64,000 nt of DNA, taken from assembly GCA_963750845.1 (NCBI GenBank), contig CAVVSP010000010.1:32932-96931 (forward strand). The letters are read 5' to 3'. This document shows positions 31,917 to 41,498 of the stretch, piece by piece (the first letter of the stretch is position 1; each line of letters starts with the position of its first letter). Below the pieces are notes generated by a model. It ran no database searches, was not told where the DNA came from, and saw nothing but the letters and a program-made list of their open reading frames with translations. The position numbers were made by a program, and so were the translations under genes. The DNA comes from an uncultured Acidobacteriaceae bacterium. GTDB lineage: Bacteria; Acidobacteriota; Terriglobia; Terriglobales; Acidobacteriaceae.

Positions 31917-32017
31917 CTCACATCTTCTTTCCTGCGCAGTTTGTCACAGCCATAGGTGTAGGCAACTGCGACGGCGAAAAAAAGCGCAGTGATTAGGAGT
32001 AGTCCGATATCCCACAT
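31913..32017 (-). CDS. 34-aa single-pass membrane peptide upstream of kdpF (not in the ORF track)
   Basis: MWDIGLLLITALFFAVAVAYTYGCDKLRRKEDVR*; GAGGA RBS; its TGA overlaps the kdpF ATG (ATGA). Confidence 0.8.
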   Translation of the reverse strand: MWDIGLLLITALFFAVAVAYTYGCDKLRRKEDVR

Positions 32018-32085
32018 AGGAGTGTCCTCGGGAGATCTATGTTAAGGCCGCTTTCGATGCCCAAATCACATGTTCAAGCCCGGCT

Positions 32086-32103
32086 CATCAGGAAGGCATA
32101 AGG
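32086..32103 (-). promoter_or_regulatory. Putative KdpE binding site upstream of the kdp operon
   Basis: Minus strand reads CCTTATG-CCTT-CCTGATG, a direct repeat with 11-bp period about 70 bp before the first ORF of the operon. Confidence 0.62.
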
Positions 32104-32303
32104 ATGATCTTTGAGGGCCGCAGGAAGTGCGACGGAGGATAAGCGACAGCCCTGTTGATGAAGGCGCGCATGTGCCGGCGAGTACCGGCGGCTATCGCGG
32201 ATGCCCTCAGTTCTGGTGGGATTCAGGAGACCAGCTGAGACGCCGAGGAAGTGCTGGAAAGCGCTGGAATGAGCAGCCGGATTGTTATTCGCGAGGCTTG
32301 ACT

Positions 32304-32510
32304 ATGCCGAAAGCATTGGCAAAAGTGGTAATTTCTTTTGGGTCTGAGTCTGCCAACGTTGTGCCAACAAAATTCCAGTATCACCGGCACCATAACGGAT
32401 GCCTCAGGGAGCCATTTCCAGGCGTCCAGATCACAATCATCAGCCAGGAGACAGGCCATCAGCCGGACGGTAACAAGCGGAGATGCCGAAAACTATCTTT
32501 AACTGGACTC
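32304..32510 (+). pseudogene. Relic of a signal peptide plus carboxypeptidase-regulatory-like domain (N-terminus of a TonB-dependent receptor)
   Basis: Switching frames gives MPKALAKVVISF / GLSLPTLCQQNSSITGTITDASG / PGVQITIISQETG / ISRTVTSGDAENYL / TGL. This fits the GTVTDxSGA..PGAxVT...TG..RT pattern. Several indels; no barrel follows. Confidence 0.65.
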
Positions 32511-32673
32511 GTCCGATTCCTGGTACTACGTCCGGCAGCAGCAATGCGGACTACATCGTCTCCACCCATGGCGGCTCGGCGCAGTCATCCGGCGTTAACG
32601 GTATACCATCTACGCAAGTCCTCGCTCTCTTGAGAATGATGACGGCAGCGGCTCGGACCGACGAGTGCTTTGC

Positions 32674-33673
32674 TCACTCTCCGCTCTCGCTGCCGTTGAT
32701 GGCCAGGCTTTCTCCAATCTCCGGACCATATTCTTTCAAATCCGCTAAGAGTGCTTCGTCGGAAAGATCCAGCGGAGAGGATCGTTCCCAGTCATGGTGG
32801 AGTGTCTTGTGAATTCGATGGACGACATGTTCATCGTCGACCGCGATTGCGAGTTCGCGACGGCTATCGAAACTGCCTGGAGCAAGATTGATGGAACCGA
32901 CAATCGCTCGAGCATCGTCTGCGAACAACAGCTTCGCATGCAGATGAACGTGTTTCATCTTGTGGATTTTTATGCCTATGTCTTGCAGCACTCGAAGGCC
33001 ACTGACCCCTTCCATGAGCTTTTCCTTTTTCAGCGTATGGACGGGACGACTCAAAATATGGACTTTGACTCCGCGACAGTGAGCGCGGACCAAGTGCTCA
33101 ATGATGGTTGGATCCTGAAATCGCTCGTGTTGCAGCCATAGGGTATGTTTCGCTTCGTCGATGAATTGGCCCATGCGCTGGCGGCCGTTGCCGATGCACC
33201 AGATGAGGTGTGAACGATCACCCGTCTTGAAAATGTGACCGGTTCCAGTCTGCGTCAAAGCATCCGGCGATCTCGTCGACCTCATGCTTATGCGAGGTGA
33301 ATATTCCATAATCGCGCGCGCCCGTAAGGTTAGCGGTTTCCCAATTGAACGATTGGACGAGGGCGAGTGTGTCGTCCACAACCATCGATTTCTCGTGAGT
33401 CAGGTCAAAAGCAGGGTTAGTCGTCGCAACCTCGATTCCTGCGTTCGCCAGCGCGGTCCGTGAGTCGTCGTTCTCTTTTCGACCGTCACGACGAGCAGGA
33501 TTCAACATGATGCGCACATGAACGCCGCTCCGCTGCGCATTTATCACGGCAGTCAGGAGCGTTGGATCCGAAAAAATAAACATCTTTATCCGAAGCGATT
33601 TCCTGGCACCCGTAATTGCACTGAGGATGGGCTGAACTGAGTCGTCCGGCAAAACAATGAGAGAACGAGACAT
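32674..33673 (-). CDS. Phospholipase D-family protein (two HKD motifs, cardiolipin synthase-like); one apparent extra base at 33230-33233
   Basis: THEKSMVVD and LHAKLLFAD...GSINL; removing one T joins FDADWNRSHF to KTGDRSHLIW. Confidence 0.88.
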
Positions 33674-33744
33674 AAACTGTTCCTTGAAACGGAATGCTGT
33701 AACCACAGTACTTGTCCAGGGCTCTAGAGCACAGCGATTTCTCG

Positions 33745-35535
33745 CTAGATGCTGATTTTAGCCGTGCCTGTTTCGAATTGCGCGCGATGCAACTCCGCAT
33801 AGACTCCATCGCGCTTCATAAGTTCATCATGGGAACCCTCTTCCACGGCGGCGCCTTCCGTGATCACTATAATCTTGTCGGCATCCCGGATGGTACTGAG
33901 CCGATGAGCAATAGCAATAACCGTCTTGCCTTTCGTGACACGTTCCAGGGCTTCGATGACAAGTTTTTCAGATTCGCTATCCAGTGCGGCGGTCGGCTCA
34001 TCCAGTAAAAGAATTGGGCTGTTCCGTATTACTACACGGGCGATGCCGATGCGTTGGCGCTGGCCGCCTGAGAGTGTCGAGCCTCGATCGCCCACCAGCG
34101 TGTCGTAGCCCAACGGCATGGAAGTGATGAAATCGTGAGCGTTGGCCAGCTTCGCCGCCGCTGTGATCTCCGCTATGGACGCATCCGGGCGGCCGAACGC
34201 AATGTTATCGCGAATGGTCCCGCGAAATAGGATCGTATCTTGAAGCACATAACCTATCTGGTCGCGGAGTTCCTTGAGCTTGTAGTCGCGAACATCATGA
34301 CCATCAATAAGGACCTGACCTGCCTGGACATCGTAAAAACGCGGTATCAAACTCACGATGGTTGACTTTCCGCTTCCTGTAGGTCCTACAACGCCGACAA
34401 ACTGACCTGATTTGATTCCGAAGCTGACGTCCTTCAGAATCGGGTTATTGATGTCATAGCCGAAAGCAATATGATTGAACTCGATTTCGCCTTCGAGCGT
34501 CTCCGGCTCTAAGCCATCTGGCCTTTCTGGGGTCGTATCGGTTGTATCCAGAATGGCGCGGACCCGTTCTGCGCCAACAGCGGCCTGGGCAATCGCATTT
34601 GTCGTGGTTGCGAGGTCTTTGACGGGTTTGAAAAACTGGGTAAGGTAGGCGAGGTAGACGGTGAGTTCGCCTATCGTCATGGAACCGCTAAGAATAAGTG
34701 CGGCCCCACGCCAAAGAACGATTGCGGTGCATACGGCTACAGTGGTTGACACCACCGGCGAGAGAATTGCTTTGATCTTGCGGGCCTTTAGTGCTGCCCC
34801 TACGGTAGCCTGACTCACGCTGTAGAGAAGTGCTTCCTCGGTTTTCTCCTGGCCGAATGCCTTCACGACCTGGATGGATTGGAGACCTTGCTGCACAACC
34901 GCTACGATCTCGCTCTGTTCCTTTCTCACTTCGTGGGTGGCTTTCTTTACCGCTTTCTTGAATCGTGAGACAAACAGCAGGAGAAAGGGTGTTACGGCCA
35001 CGGCGATAAGCGTGAAGTCCCAGTTCAGCCAGAACATGAGTCCGAGCATGCACAGGATGGTAAGCATATCGACAAGAATGTTGAGAGTGGAAGACGAGGC
35101 GAAGCCCTCGATGGTTTGAATGTCAGTGGTGAGAGTGCTGAGGATCGTCCCGGTCTCGTGGGTGCTGTAGTAGCTGAGCGATAACTTCTGGAGGTGTTGG
35201 TACACCCTCATGCGGAGATCGTGAGCGACCCACTGGCCGACGCTCTCGGTGTAGTAGTTGTCGATGTACGTGGCAACCGAGCCTGCTACTGCGATGAGGA
35301 TGAATAGTAGAGCAGCCAGGGCAGCGACGTGAAGACGGTGCGTATTCTCAGCCGGTGGTCCTAAAAGGTGATGCAGCCAGGGAGCGAGTTTGTGTTTGCC
35401 AACAACGCTGTCGAGGATAATCTTCAATGGCCATGGCGCGGCGAGACTCATGATGGTCTCAAGCAGCATGGCGAGAAAGATCAACACCAGCTTGGAACGA
35501 TAAGGCCGAAGCAGGCCGCCGATAAATGCCAGCAT
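33745..35535 (-). CDS. ABC exporter, fused TMD-NBD (MsbA/MdlB-like)
   Basis: Six-TM N-terminal half; Walker A GPTGSGKS; signature LSGGQ; Walker B LLLDEPT; IAHRLST. Confidence 0.95.
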   Translation of the reverse strand: MLAFIGGLLRPYRSKLVLIFLAMLLETIMSLAAPWPLKIILDSVVGKHKLAPWLHHLLGPPAENTHRLHVAALAALLFILIAVAGSVATYIDNYYTESVGQWVAHDLRMRVYQHLQKLSLSYYSTHETGTILSTLTTDIQTIEGFASSSTLNILVDMLTILCMLGLMFWLNWDFTLIAVAVTPFLLLFVSRFKKAVKKATHEVRKEQSEIVAVVQQGLQSIQVVKAFGQEKTEEALLYSVSQATVGAALKARKIKAILSPVVSTTVAVCTAIVLWRGAALILSGSMTIGELTVYLAYLTQFFKPVKDLATTTNAIAQAAVGAERVRAILDTTDTTPERPDGLEPETLEGEIEFNHIAFGYDINNPILKDVSFGIKSGQFVGVVGPTGSGKSTIVSLIPRFYDVQAGQVLIDGHDVRDYKLKELRDQIGYVLQDTILFRGTIRDNIAFGRPDASIAEITAAAKLANAHDFITSMPLGYDTLVGDRGSTLSGGQRQRIGIARVVIRNSPILLLDEPTAALDSESEKLVIEALERVTKGKTVIAIAHRLSTIRDADKIIVITEGAAVEEGSHDELMKRDGVYAELHRAQFETGTAKISI

Positions 35536-35831
35536 AGATTTATCCTGACAGAGCGAACCAACTCTAGTTTTGGCCGCTGTCGTGACTGTTTGTTCCTAAT
35601 AAATCTCGTCAAGTCCTGTTTTGAAACGTTCCCTGAGGCATCCGATCCGCGTGCCGGAACGGGCAAGCCTTCGCCATCATAGTCCGTTGCCCGTGCGATC
35701 CGCGCACCTGAATTGAAAAGCGAACGATTTGTCGGGCTGCCGCGAGGCGCCCTTGTTGGACGGTGGCCGTTATTCGGCCGCAATATGTGGCAGAGATCGG
35801 AACAGCCATCATGCTTCTCTGCAAAAGATTT

Positions 35832-36995
35832 CTAGCGACCGAAACGTCCCTGCATCATGCGGCTCACCGACTGAACAGCGACGGCCAACTCGTCAACCGA
35901 GACGCATTCGCGATCGCTGTGCGCCGTTCGCATATCTCCAGGTCCGAATACAACTACCTCTTCTGCTATCGCGGACCACAAGCTGGCCTCTGAGCCGAAA
36001 GCGATCGAAGTGGCTGGCTGACCGGTCACACCTTCAACCAATCGCACTAGAGGGCTATCGGCAGGGGTTTCGAAGCCTGCCTGCTGCCTGAGAACATCCA
36101 GTGATCCGCGCAGGCCTGGATATCGTCCTTCCAGATGCTCAATCATCGCGCGTATCGCAGTCGGGACATGATCCGGCGGCAATCCCGGAACGGGTCTCCA
36201 CTCTACTAGGAGATCGGCTCTTCCGGGGATGATGTTCTTTGCGGAGCCGCCCCCGATGGTGCCAACGTTCACCGTGGTAAATGGAGGGTCGAACAGGTCA
36301 TGGGTTTCCACTGTGAGTTGCTGACTTAGCTCTTCGACTGCAGAAACCAGATGCGCAGCGGCATAGATAGCGGACACACCCTGGGCAGGAAGGGCGCTGT
36401 GCGCCTCTCTGCCATGGATCGTGACTCGTGCGAGGCAATAACCTTTTCCTGCGCGCGCGACGCGAAGGGACGTTGGCTCACCGACAACGAGCCGCTGAGG
36501 TTTCAGGCTATCGGTCGCAATCAGTCGCTTCGAACCGATACATCCGACCTCCTCGTCTGCGGTGAGCACAATACGTAGCCCATTGATCCATCGTGCGTTC
36601 TTGGACTCGGCAGCGGTCAGGAGGCACGCGAGGAATCCCTTGACGTCGCATGCTCCGCAACCATGCAGCATGTGCCCGTGAACGGTGGACTCGAGAGCCT
36701 GCAGCCAATCTTTCGCATAAGGAACTGTATCTGTGTGACAAAGAAAGACCAGGTCTACTTCGCGCTCTACAGCGCTCTGTCCCGGAGGGGCCGCGACTAA
36801 GTTGATTTTCTCTATTCCGGCCTCGTCGGCATAGAGGGCTTCGCGTGTCGTCCATCCTTGAGCCGACAGGACGGAAGCCGCGTAGTCGGTTACGGGACGA
36901 TTTGACATCGCCGAGACGGATGGAAGCCGAATCAAGTGCGAGAGATGATCAACAACCGCAGTCAACACGCGCTCCCGTCGATTTTTCCCCTCCAC
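35832..36995 (-). CDS. M20-family deacylase (acetylornithine deacetylase ArgE-like); candidate N-formylglutamate deformylase
   Basis: HTDTVP, GCGACDVKG, ADEEVG, VVGEPT, EAHS and AHSDRE motifs; last gene of the hut operon, overlapping hutF. Confidence 0.85.
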   Translation of the reverse strand: MEGKNRRERVLTAVVDHLSHLIRLPSVSAMSNRPVTDYAASVLSAQGWTTREALYADEAGIEKINLVAAPPGQSAVEREVDLVFLCHTDTVPYAKDWLQALESTVHGHMLHGCGACDVKGFLACLLTAAESKNARWINGLRIVLTADEEVGCIGSKRLIATDSLKPQRLVVGEPTSLRVARAGKGYCLARVTIHGREAHSALPAQGVSAIYAAAHLVSAVEELSQQLTVETHDLFDPPFTTVNVGTIGGGSAKNIIPGRADLLVEWRPVPGLPPDHVPTAIRAMIEHLEGRYPGLRGSLDVLRQQAGFETPADSPLVRLVEGVTGQPATSIAFGSEASLWSAIAEEVVVFGPGDMRTAHSDRECVSVDELAVAVQSVSRMMQGRFGR

Positions 36996-38350
36996 ACTCT
37001 GGGATAGAGCTCCTGATATCTGCCGACGATCTCCTCTTCGAGCGGATGCCGTCCATCTCGAAGAATGAATTTGCCATTGACCACGACATCGCGGATGGCA
37101 GTGCGGTTCGCTCCAAAGAGGAGAATTGGAAGAAGAGTTTCAGAAGTGTGTCCCGCGACAGAGAGGTCCTTTAGATCGATGGAAACCATGTCACCGTACT
37201 CGCCGAGCGCCAGGGAACCGGACGCAACGGCCAATGCCTGTGCGCCATGGACGGTCGCGCAGTCGAGAAGGCGCGATGCGATGGGATGGCCGCCAATCTG
37301 GTCGAGCACGGCTCGCTGCTGCTGGGCCAATCGCAGGTGGTAATCCAGCTCACGGGCATCTTCCAGCGGATCGATCTGTGCCTGACTATCGGAGCCCAGC
37401 GCATGGCGCACGCCCAACTTCATCAGCGCATCCACCGGAACGATGCCATCGCCGAGATTGCGTTCTGTCGTAGGACAGGAGCAGACGATGGCATGCGCCT
37501 CCGCAAGTGCGGATATCTCATGCGAGTCGAGATGAATCGCATGCACCGCTACGAAATCTCTCCCCATCAGGCCTTCTCGTGCGAGCAATTCTACCGGCGT
37601 GCTCCCATACTCTTGCTGGCACGCTGTGTTCTCGGCGATCTGTTCTGCTACATGCATATGGATCGGCAGGGAATTGCTGCGTGCCCATGAGACGATCTCG
37701 CGCAACGCTTCGAGTGGCACGGCACGAATGCTGTGGGGTGCAACGCCAAAGCTCACCTCCGCGGAGTCCGCAGCATACGATGCGCGAAGGCTGTCGATAT
37801 TCGCGAGGAAGGCGTCAGACTGTTCAAAAAAGCGGCGCTGGCCCGGATCGGATGGCAGTTGATAGCCAGAGCGCAGATAGGCCGAGCGGAGAAGCACAAT
37901 GCGCAATCCTACGGATTTCGCGGCCGCGATGACCTGATGCGCCATCAGGTTTGGGTCATCGTAGGGTGTGCCGTCTGGTGCATTGTGAAGGTAGTGAAAT
38001 TCGCCAACTGTCGTGGTGCCCGCGCGTGCCATTTCAAGAAAGCACATGCGCGCAACATCATAGACATCTTCCGGTGATAGCTGGGCAGCAGCCTGATACA
38101 TCGTGTTACGCCAGGACCAGAAATCCTTTCCACTGACAGCTCGTGACTCGGCCCGGCCGCGGATAAGCCGCTGAAAGGAGTGAGAATGCGCATTGACGAA
38201 GCCGGGAAGCAGAGCCTTGCCCGTCAGGTCAAGATGTTCAGCCAGCTCTGGCGGTTCCGCAATGCGGCCAGCATCGTCTACGAACAGGCTCTTTCCGGAT
38301 ACGAAGCTACCGTTCTGATAAAGCTGTGACGGTTGAAACGACTTAGCCAT
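36962..38350 (-). CDS. hutF: Formimidoylglutamate deiminase
   Basis: PGFVNAHSHSFQR, FWSWR, VGEFHYLH, APHSIRAV, HMHVAEQ, CPTTERNLGDG, GSDS. Confidence 0.93.
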   Translation of the reverse strand: MAKSFQPSQLYQNGSFVSGKSLFVDDAGRIAEPPELAEHLDLTGKALLPGFVNAHSHSFQRLIRGRAESRAVSGKDFWSWRNTMYQAAAQLSPEDVYDVARMCFLEMARAGTTTVGEFHYLHNAPDGTPYDDPNLMAHQVIAAAKSVGLRIVLLRSAYLRSGYQLPSDPGQRRFFEQSDAFLANIDSLRASYAADSAEVSFGVAPHSIRAVPLEALREIVSWARSNSLPIHMHVAEQIAENTACQQEYGSTPVELLAREGLMGRDFVAVHAIHLDSHEISALAEAHAIVCSCPTTERNLGDGIVPVDALMKLGVRHALGSDSQAQIDPLEDARELDYHLRLAQQQRAVLDQIGGHPIASRLLDCATVHGAQALAVASGSLALGEYGDMVSIDLKDLSVAGHTSETLLPILLFGANRTAIRDVVVNGKFILRDGRHPLEEEIVGRYQELYPRVWRGKIDGSAC

Positions 38351-39617
38351 CCTGACGTTTCCTTTGGGTATCCGCGTTATCATCTTCCCCCGATGCAGCG
38401 ATGCGACTGCCTCTGGACCAGACTTCGTGTATCGGGTTGATGGCCATCGTGTAAAGAAGATCGCGCCAGTCGGCTGACTTTAACACCGCAAAGTCTGCTT
38501 GTGCGCCCGGTTCTATGCGCCCAGCGCGGTCCAGTCCAAGCGCATGAGCGGCGTTCACTGTTCCGGCGACGAGTGCTTCCTGAGTCGTCAATCCATTCAG
38601 CCGCACAGCCAGCCCAAGCGCCGCGCTGGTCGAGAATAGTGGGCTCGATCCCGGATTGAGGTCAGTACCCACCGCGACGGCCGTACCTGCATCGATCAAC
38701 TGGCGGCCCGGCGCCTTCGCAATACCCAGGTGCAACGAAACACCTGGCAAGACTGTAGCGATGGTTGTGCGATCGCGAAACTGACCATACTGACGTGCCG
38801 TGCACGCCTCCAGATGATCCACGCTTAGAGCCTTCAGCCGCAATGCCAGTTCGAGGCCGCCAACGGAATGAAACTGCTCTGCGTGGACCTTGATGCTAAG
38901 GCCGTGCTCGATAGCGCAGGTGAGCACCGATTCAGCCTCGTTGACGCTCCACGCCTCTTTCTCAATGAAGATGTCCACCGCCTGCGCAAGGCCGCGGCGA
39001 GCGGTTTCCGGAATCAACTCGCTTCGAACCTGGTCGAGATAGGCGACCCGCACACGCGCATCGATGGGCGGCATGTGAATCAGCAGCGTGGGGACGATCT
39101 GGATCGGCAGATTCGATGCGACCGTCCGGATCACCTCCAACATGCGTAGTTCCTCTGGAATATTGAACCCATAACCGGACTTCACCTCGACAACCGTCGC
39201 TCCAGAACAAATCAGCGCCCGGATTCGCCGTCCAGCCAGAGCCACGAGTTCATCCGTTGATGCTGCCGTTGTCGCGCGGACTGTGCTCCAAATGCCGCCA
39301 CCGGCGGCGAGTATCTGCTCGTAGGTGACGCCGGACGTCCGCGCTTCAAAATCACGCAATCGGTCGCCTGCCCAAACTGCGTGGGTATGCGGGTCAACCA
39401 GACCGGGAACAACAGCGCGGCCGCCAAGATCGACAGTCCGCGACGCTGTGCCAGACCAGTCTGCCGCAGGGCCGGTCCATGTAAAGCGATCGCCGGTGAT
39501 CGCCATTGCGGCGTTCTCGATGACGCTCACTTCGCGCATCTGCGCGCCAAACTTCGGTCCCGCGCCTACAGGTGTCGCTAGCTCGGTAATGCCGGTAATC
39601 AGCAGGTCTGCGGTCAT
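38343..39617 (-). CDS. hutI: Imidazolonepropionase
   Basis: [46 protein letters not shown]. Confidence 0.95.
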   Translation of the reverse strand: MTADLLITGITELATPVGAGPKFGAQMREVSVIENAAMAITGDRFTWTGPAADWSGTASRTVDLGGRAVVPGLVDPHTHAVWAGDRLRDFEARTSGVTYEQILAAGGGIWSTVRATTAASTDELVALAGRRIRALICSGATVVEVKSGYGFNIPEELRMLEVIRTVASNLPIQIVPTLLIHMPPIDARVRVAYLDQVRSELIPETARRGLAQAVDIFIEKEAWSVNEAESVLTCAIEHGLSIKVHAEQFHSVGGLELALRLKALSVDHLEACTARQYGQFRDRTTIATVLPGVSLHLGIAKAPGRQLIDAGTAVAVGTDLNPGSSPLFSTSAALGLAVRLNGLTTQEALVAGTVNAAHALGLDRAGRIEPGAQADFAVLKSADWRDLLYTMAINPIHEVWSRGSRIAASGEDDNADTQRKRQDG

Positions 39618-41269
39618 GCGAGGCTCGGCATATCGAGACCTCGGTCTCGTGCCACTCCCTGCGCCTTCGCATAGCCGGCATCGGCATGCCGAATCACACC
39701 CATCGCTGGATCGTTGGTCAGGCAGAGGCGCAGCCGTTCGTCCGCTTCGTCGCTGCCATCAGCTACGGCGACAAGACCCGCGTGCTGGCTGTAGCCCATG
39801 CCGACGCCGCCACCATGATGGAAGCTCATCCAGGCTGCTCCACTGGCGATTCCAGTGGCAAAGTTTAGCAGAGCCCAATCGGAGACAGCGTCCGAACCAT
39901 CGAGCATCGCTTCGGTTTCTCGATAGGGGCTGGCCACCGATCCCGCATCCAGATGATCTCTGCCTATGACGATGGGTGCGGAGAGCTCTCCATCACGCAC
40001 CATCAGGTTGAAAAGCAGGCCAGCCTTATCGCGTTCGCGGTAACCGAGCCAGCAGATGCGCGCCGGCAGCCCCTGATAGGCGACTTCGCTGGAAGCAAAG
40101 CGCAGCCATTCCTGCAATCGCTCATCGTCAGGAAAGAGCTTGAGCAGCGCGGCATCTGTTTTGGCAATGTCTGTAGGGTCTCCTGAGAGCGCAACCCAGC
40201 GGAAGGGTCCGCGACCTTCGCAAAATGAATCCCGAATGAATGCGGGCACAAATCCGGGATAGTTGAAAGCATCGCCAACGCCCGCCTGCTTTGCCTGCGT
40301 CCGCAGGTTGTTGCCGTAGTCGAAAGCAATTGCGCCGCGTCTCTGCATCTCGAGAATCGCCTCTACATGCCCTGCCATGGCGGCGTGCACGCGATCCATG
40401 TAAGCCGCCGGATCGTGAGTTCGCAGAGCATTCAGGTCCTCGTCAACCAATGCGGGCGGTAAATAACCCCACATCGGATCATGCGCGCTTGTCTGATCGG
40501 TCACAAGGTCGGGTGTAAAGCCAGCGCGCAGCATCGCGGGGAGGACCTCCGCAGCATTGCCTTGCAGTCCGATCGAAAGTGCCGTCTTACTGCGCATTGC
40601 CTGCTGCGCCATCTTGATGGCTTCATCCAGCGAAGCCGTCGCGCGATCCAGATATCTGGTTTTCAACCTGCGCTCAATGCGCGTCGAATCTACCTCAACG
40701 CATATGCTGACGCCGCCAGCCAGCTTTACCGCCAGCGGTTGTGCTCCGCCCATGCCTCCTAGTCCAGCCGTAACACTAATGGTGCCGGCCAGCGTGCCGT
40801 TGAAGTGCTGCTTCGCGGCGGCCTTGAAGGTCTCATACGTACCCTGCAGGATCCCTTGCGTTCCGATATAGATCCAGGAGCCCGCCGTCATCTGTCCGTA
40901 CATCATCAGACCAGCGGCATCGAGCCGGTCAAACTCATCCCAATTCGCCCATCGCGGTACTAAATTTGAGTTTGCAATCAGGACTCGCGGAGCGAGCCGA
41001 TGCGTCTGGACGACGCCAACAGGTTTCCCGGACTGCACCAGGAGCGTCTGGTCATTCTCCAGGCGATCCAGCGTCTCGACAATTTTGTGGTAGCACTCCC
41101 AGTTGCGCGCTGCCTTTCCGCGGCCGCCATACACGATCAATTCTTCGGGCTTCTCGGCAACCTCAGGATCGAGGTTGTTCATCAGCATCCGCTTCGCCGC
41201 CTCCTGGATCCAGCCGCGTGCGGTCCTGGTATTTCCACGTGGTGCTCGAATCTGGTGGGACTCAGTCAT
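39614..41269 (-). CDS. hutU: Urocanate hydratase (start 41269 or 41284)
   Basis: [73 protein letters not shown]. Confidence 0.97.
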   Translation of the reverse strand: MTESHQIRAPRGNTRTARGWIQEAAKRMLMNNLDPEVAEKPEELIVYGGRGKAARNWECYHKIVETLDRLENDQTLLVQSGKPVGVVQTHRLAPRVLIANSNLVPRWANWDEFDRLDAAGLMMYGQMTAGSWIYIGTQGILQGTYETFKAAAKQHFNGTLAGTISVTAGLGGMGGAQPLAVKLAGGVSICVEVDSTRIERRLKTRYLDRATASLDEAIKMAQQAMRSKTALSIGLQGNAAEVLPAMLRAGFTPDLVTDQTSAHDPMWGYLPPALVDEDLNALRTHDPAAYMDRVHAAMAGHVEAILEMQRRGAIAFDYGNNLRTQAKQAGVGDAFNYPGFVPAFIRDSFCEGRGPFRWVALSGDPTDIAKTDAALLKLFPDDERLQEWLRFASSEVAYQGLPARICWLGYRERDKAGLLFNLMVRDGELSAPIVIGRDHLDAGSVASPYRETEAMLDGSDAVSDWALLNFATGIASGAAWMSFHHGGGVGMGYSQHAGLVAVADGSDEADERLRLCLTNDPAMGVIRHADAGYAKAQGVARDRGLDMPSLA

Positions 41270-41498
41270 CTCTGCTTTCACCATGGCACGGGACAAACTG
41301 GTATCTCGTCCCCGGGTCTTTTCTACCAGAAGCACATAAGGGCTGGCTCGGCCTTCTGTCATTCTGTGGCGTTGTCGGAACCGTGATGGCCGATTTATAC
41401 AGAGACGACTATCGGCCCCTTTGCAATTCCGTCGTACTTGGCTGACACTGGCGACGCCGCGCTTAGCGGACGTCATTCTTCCCGGGGCCGCCATTCAG

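Noticed and set aside
32020-32300. c-di-AMP (ydaO) or other riboswitch upstream of kdp
   Set aside because: I could not find the conserved ydaO segments by eye on either strand; an Rfam cmscan would settle it.
32585-32625. GVNGIPSTQV in a short ORF resembles [10 protein letters not shown] in the KdpA loop
   Set aside because: The match is very short, on the opposite strand, with little flanking similarity; likely chance.
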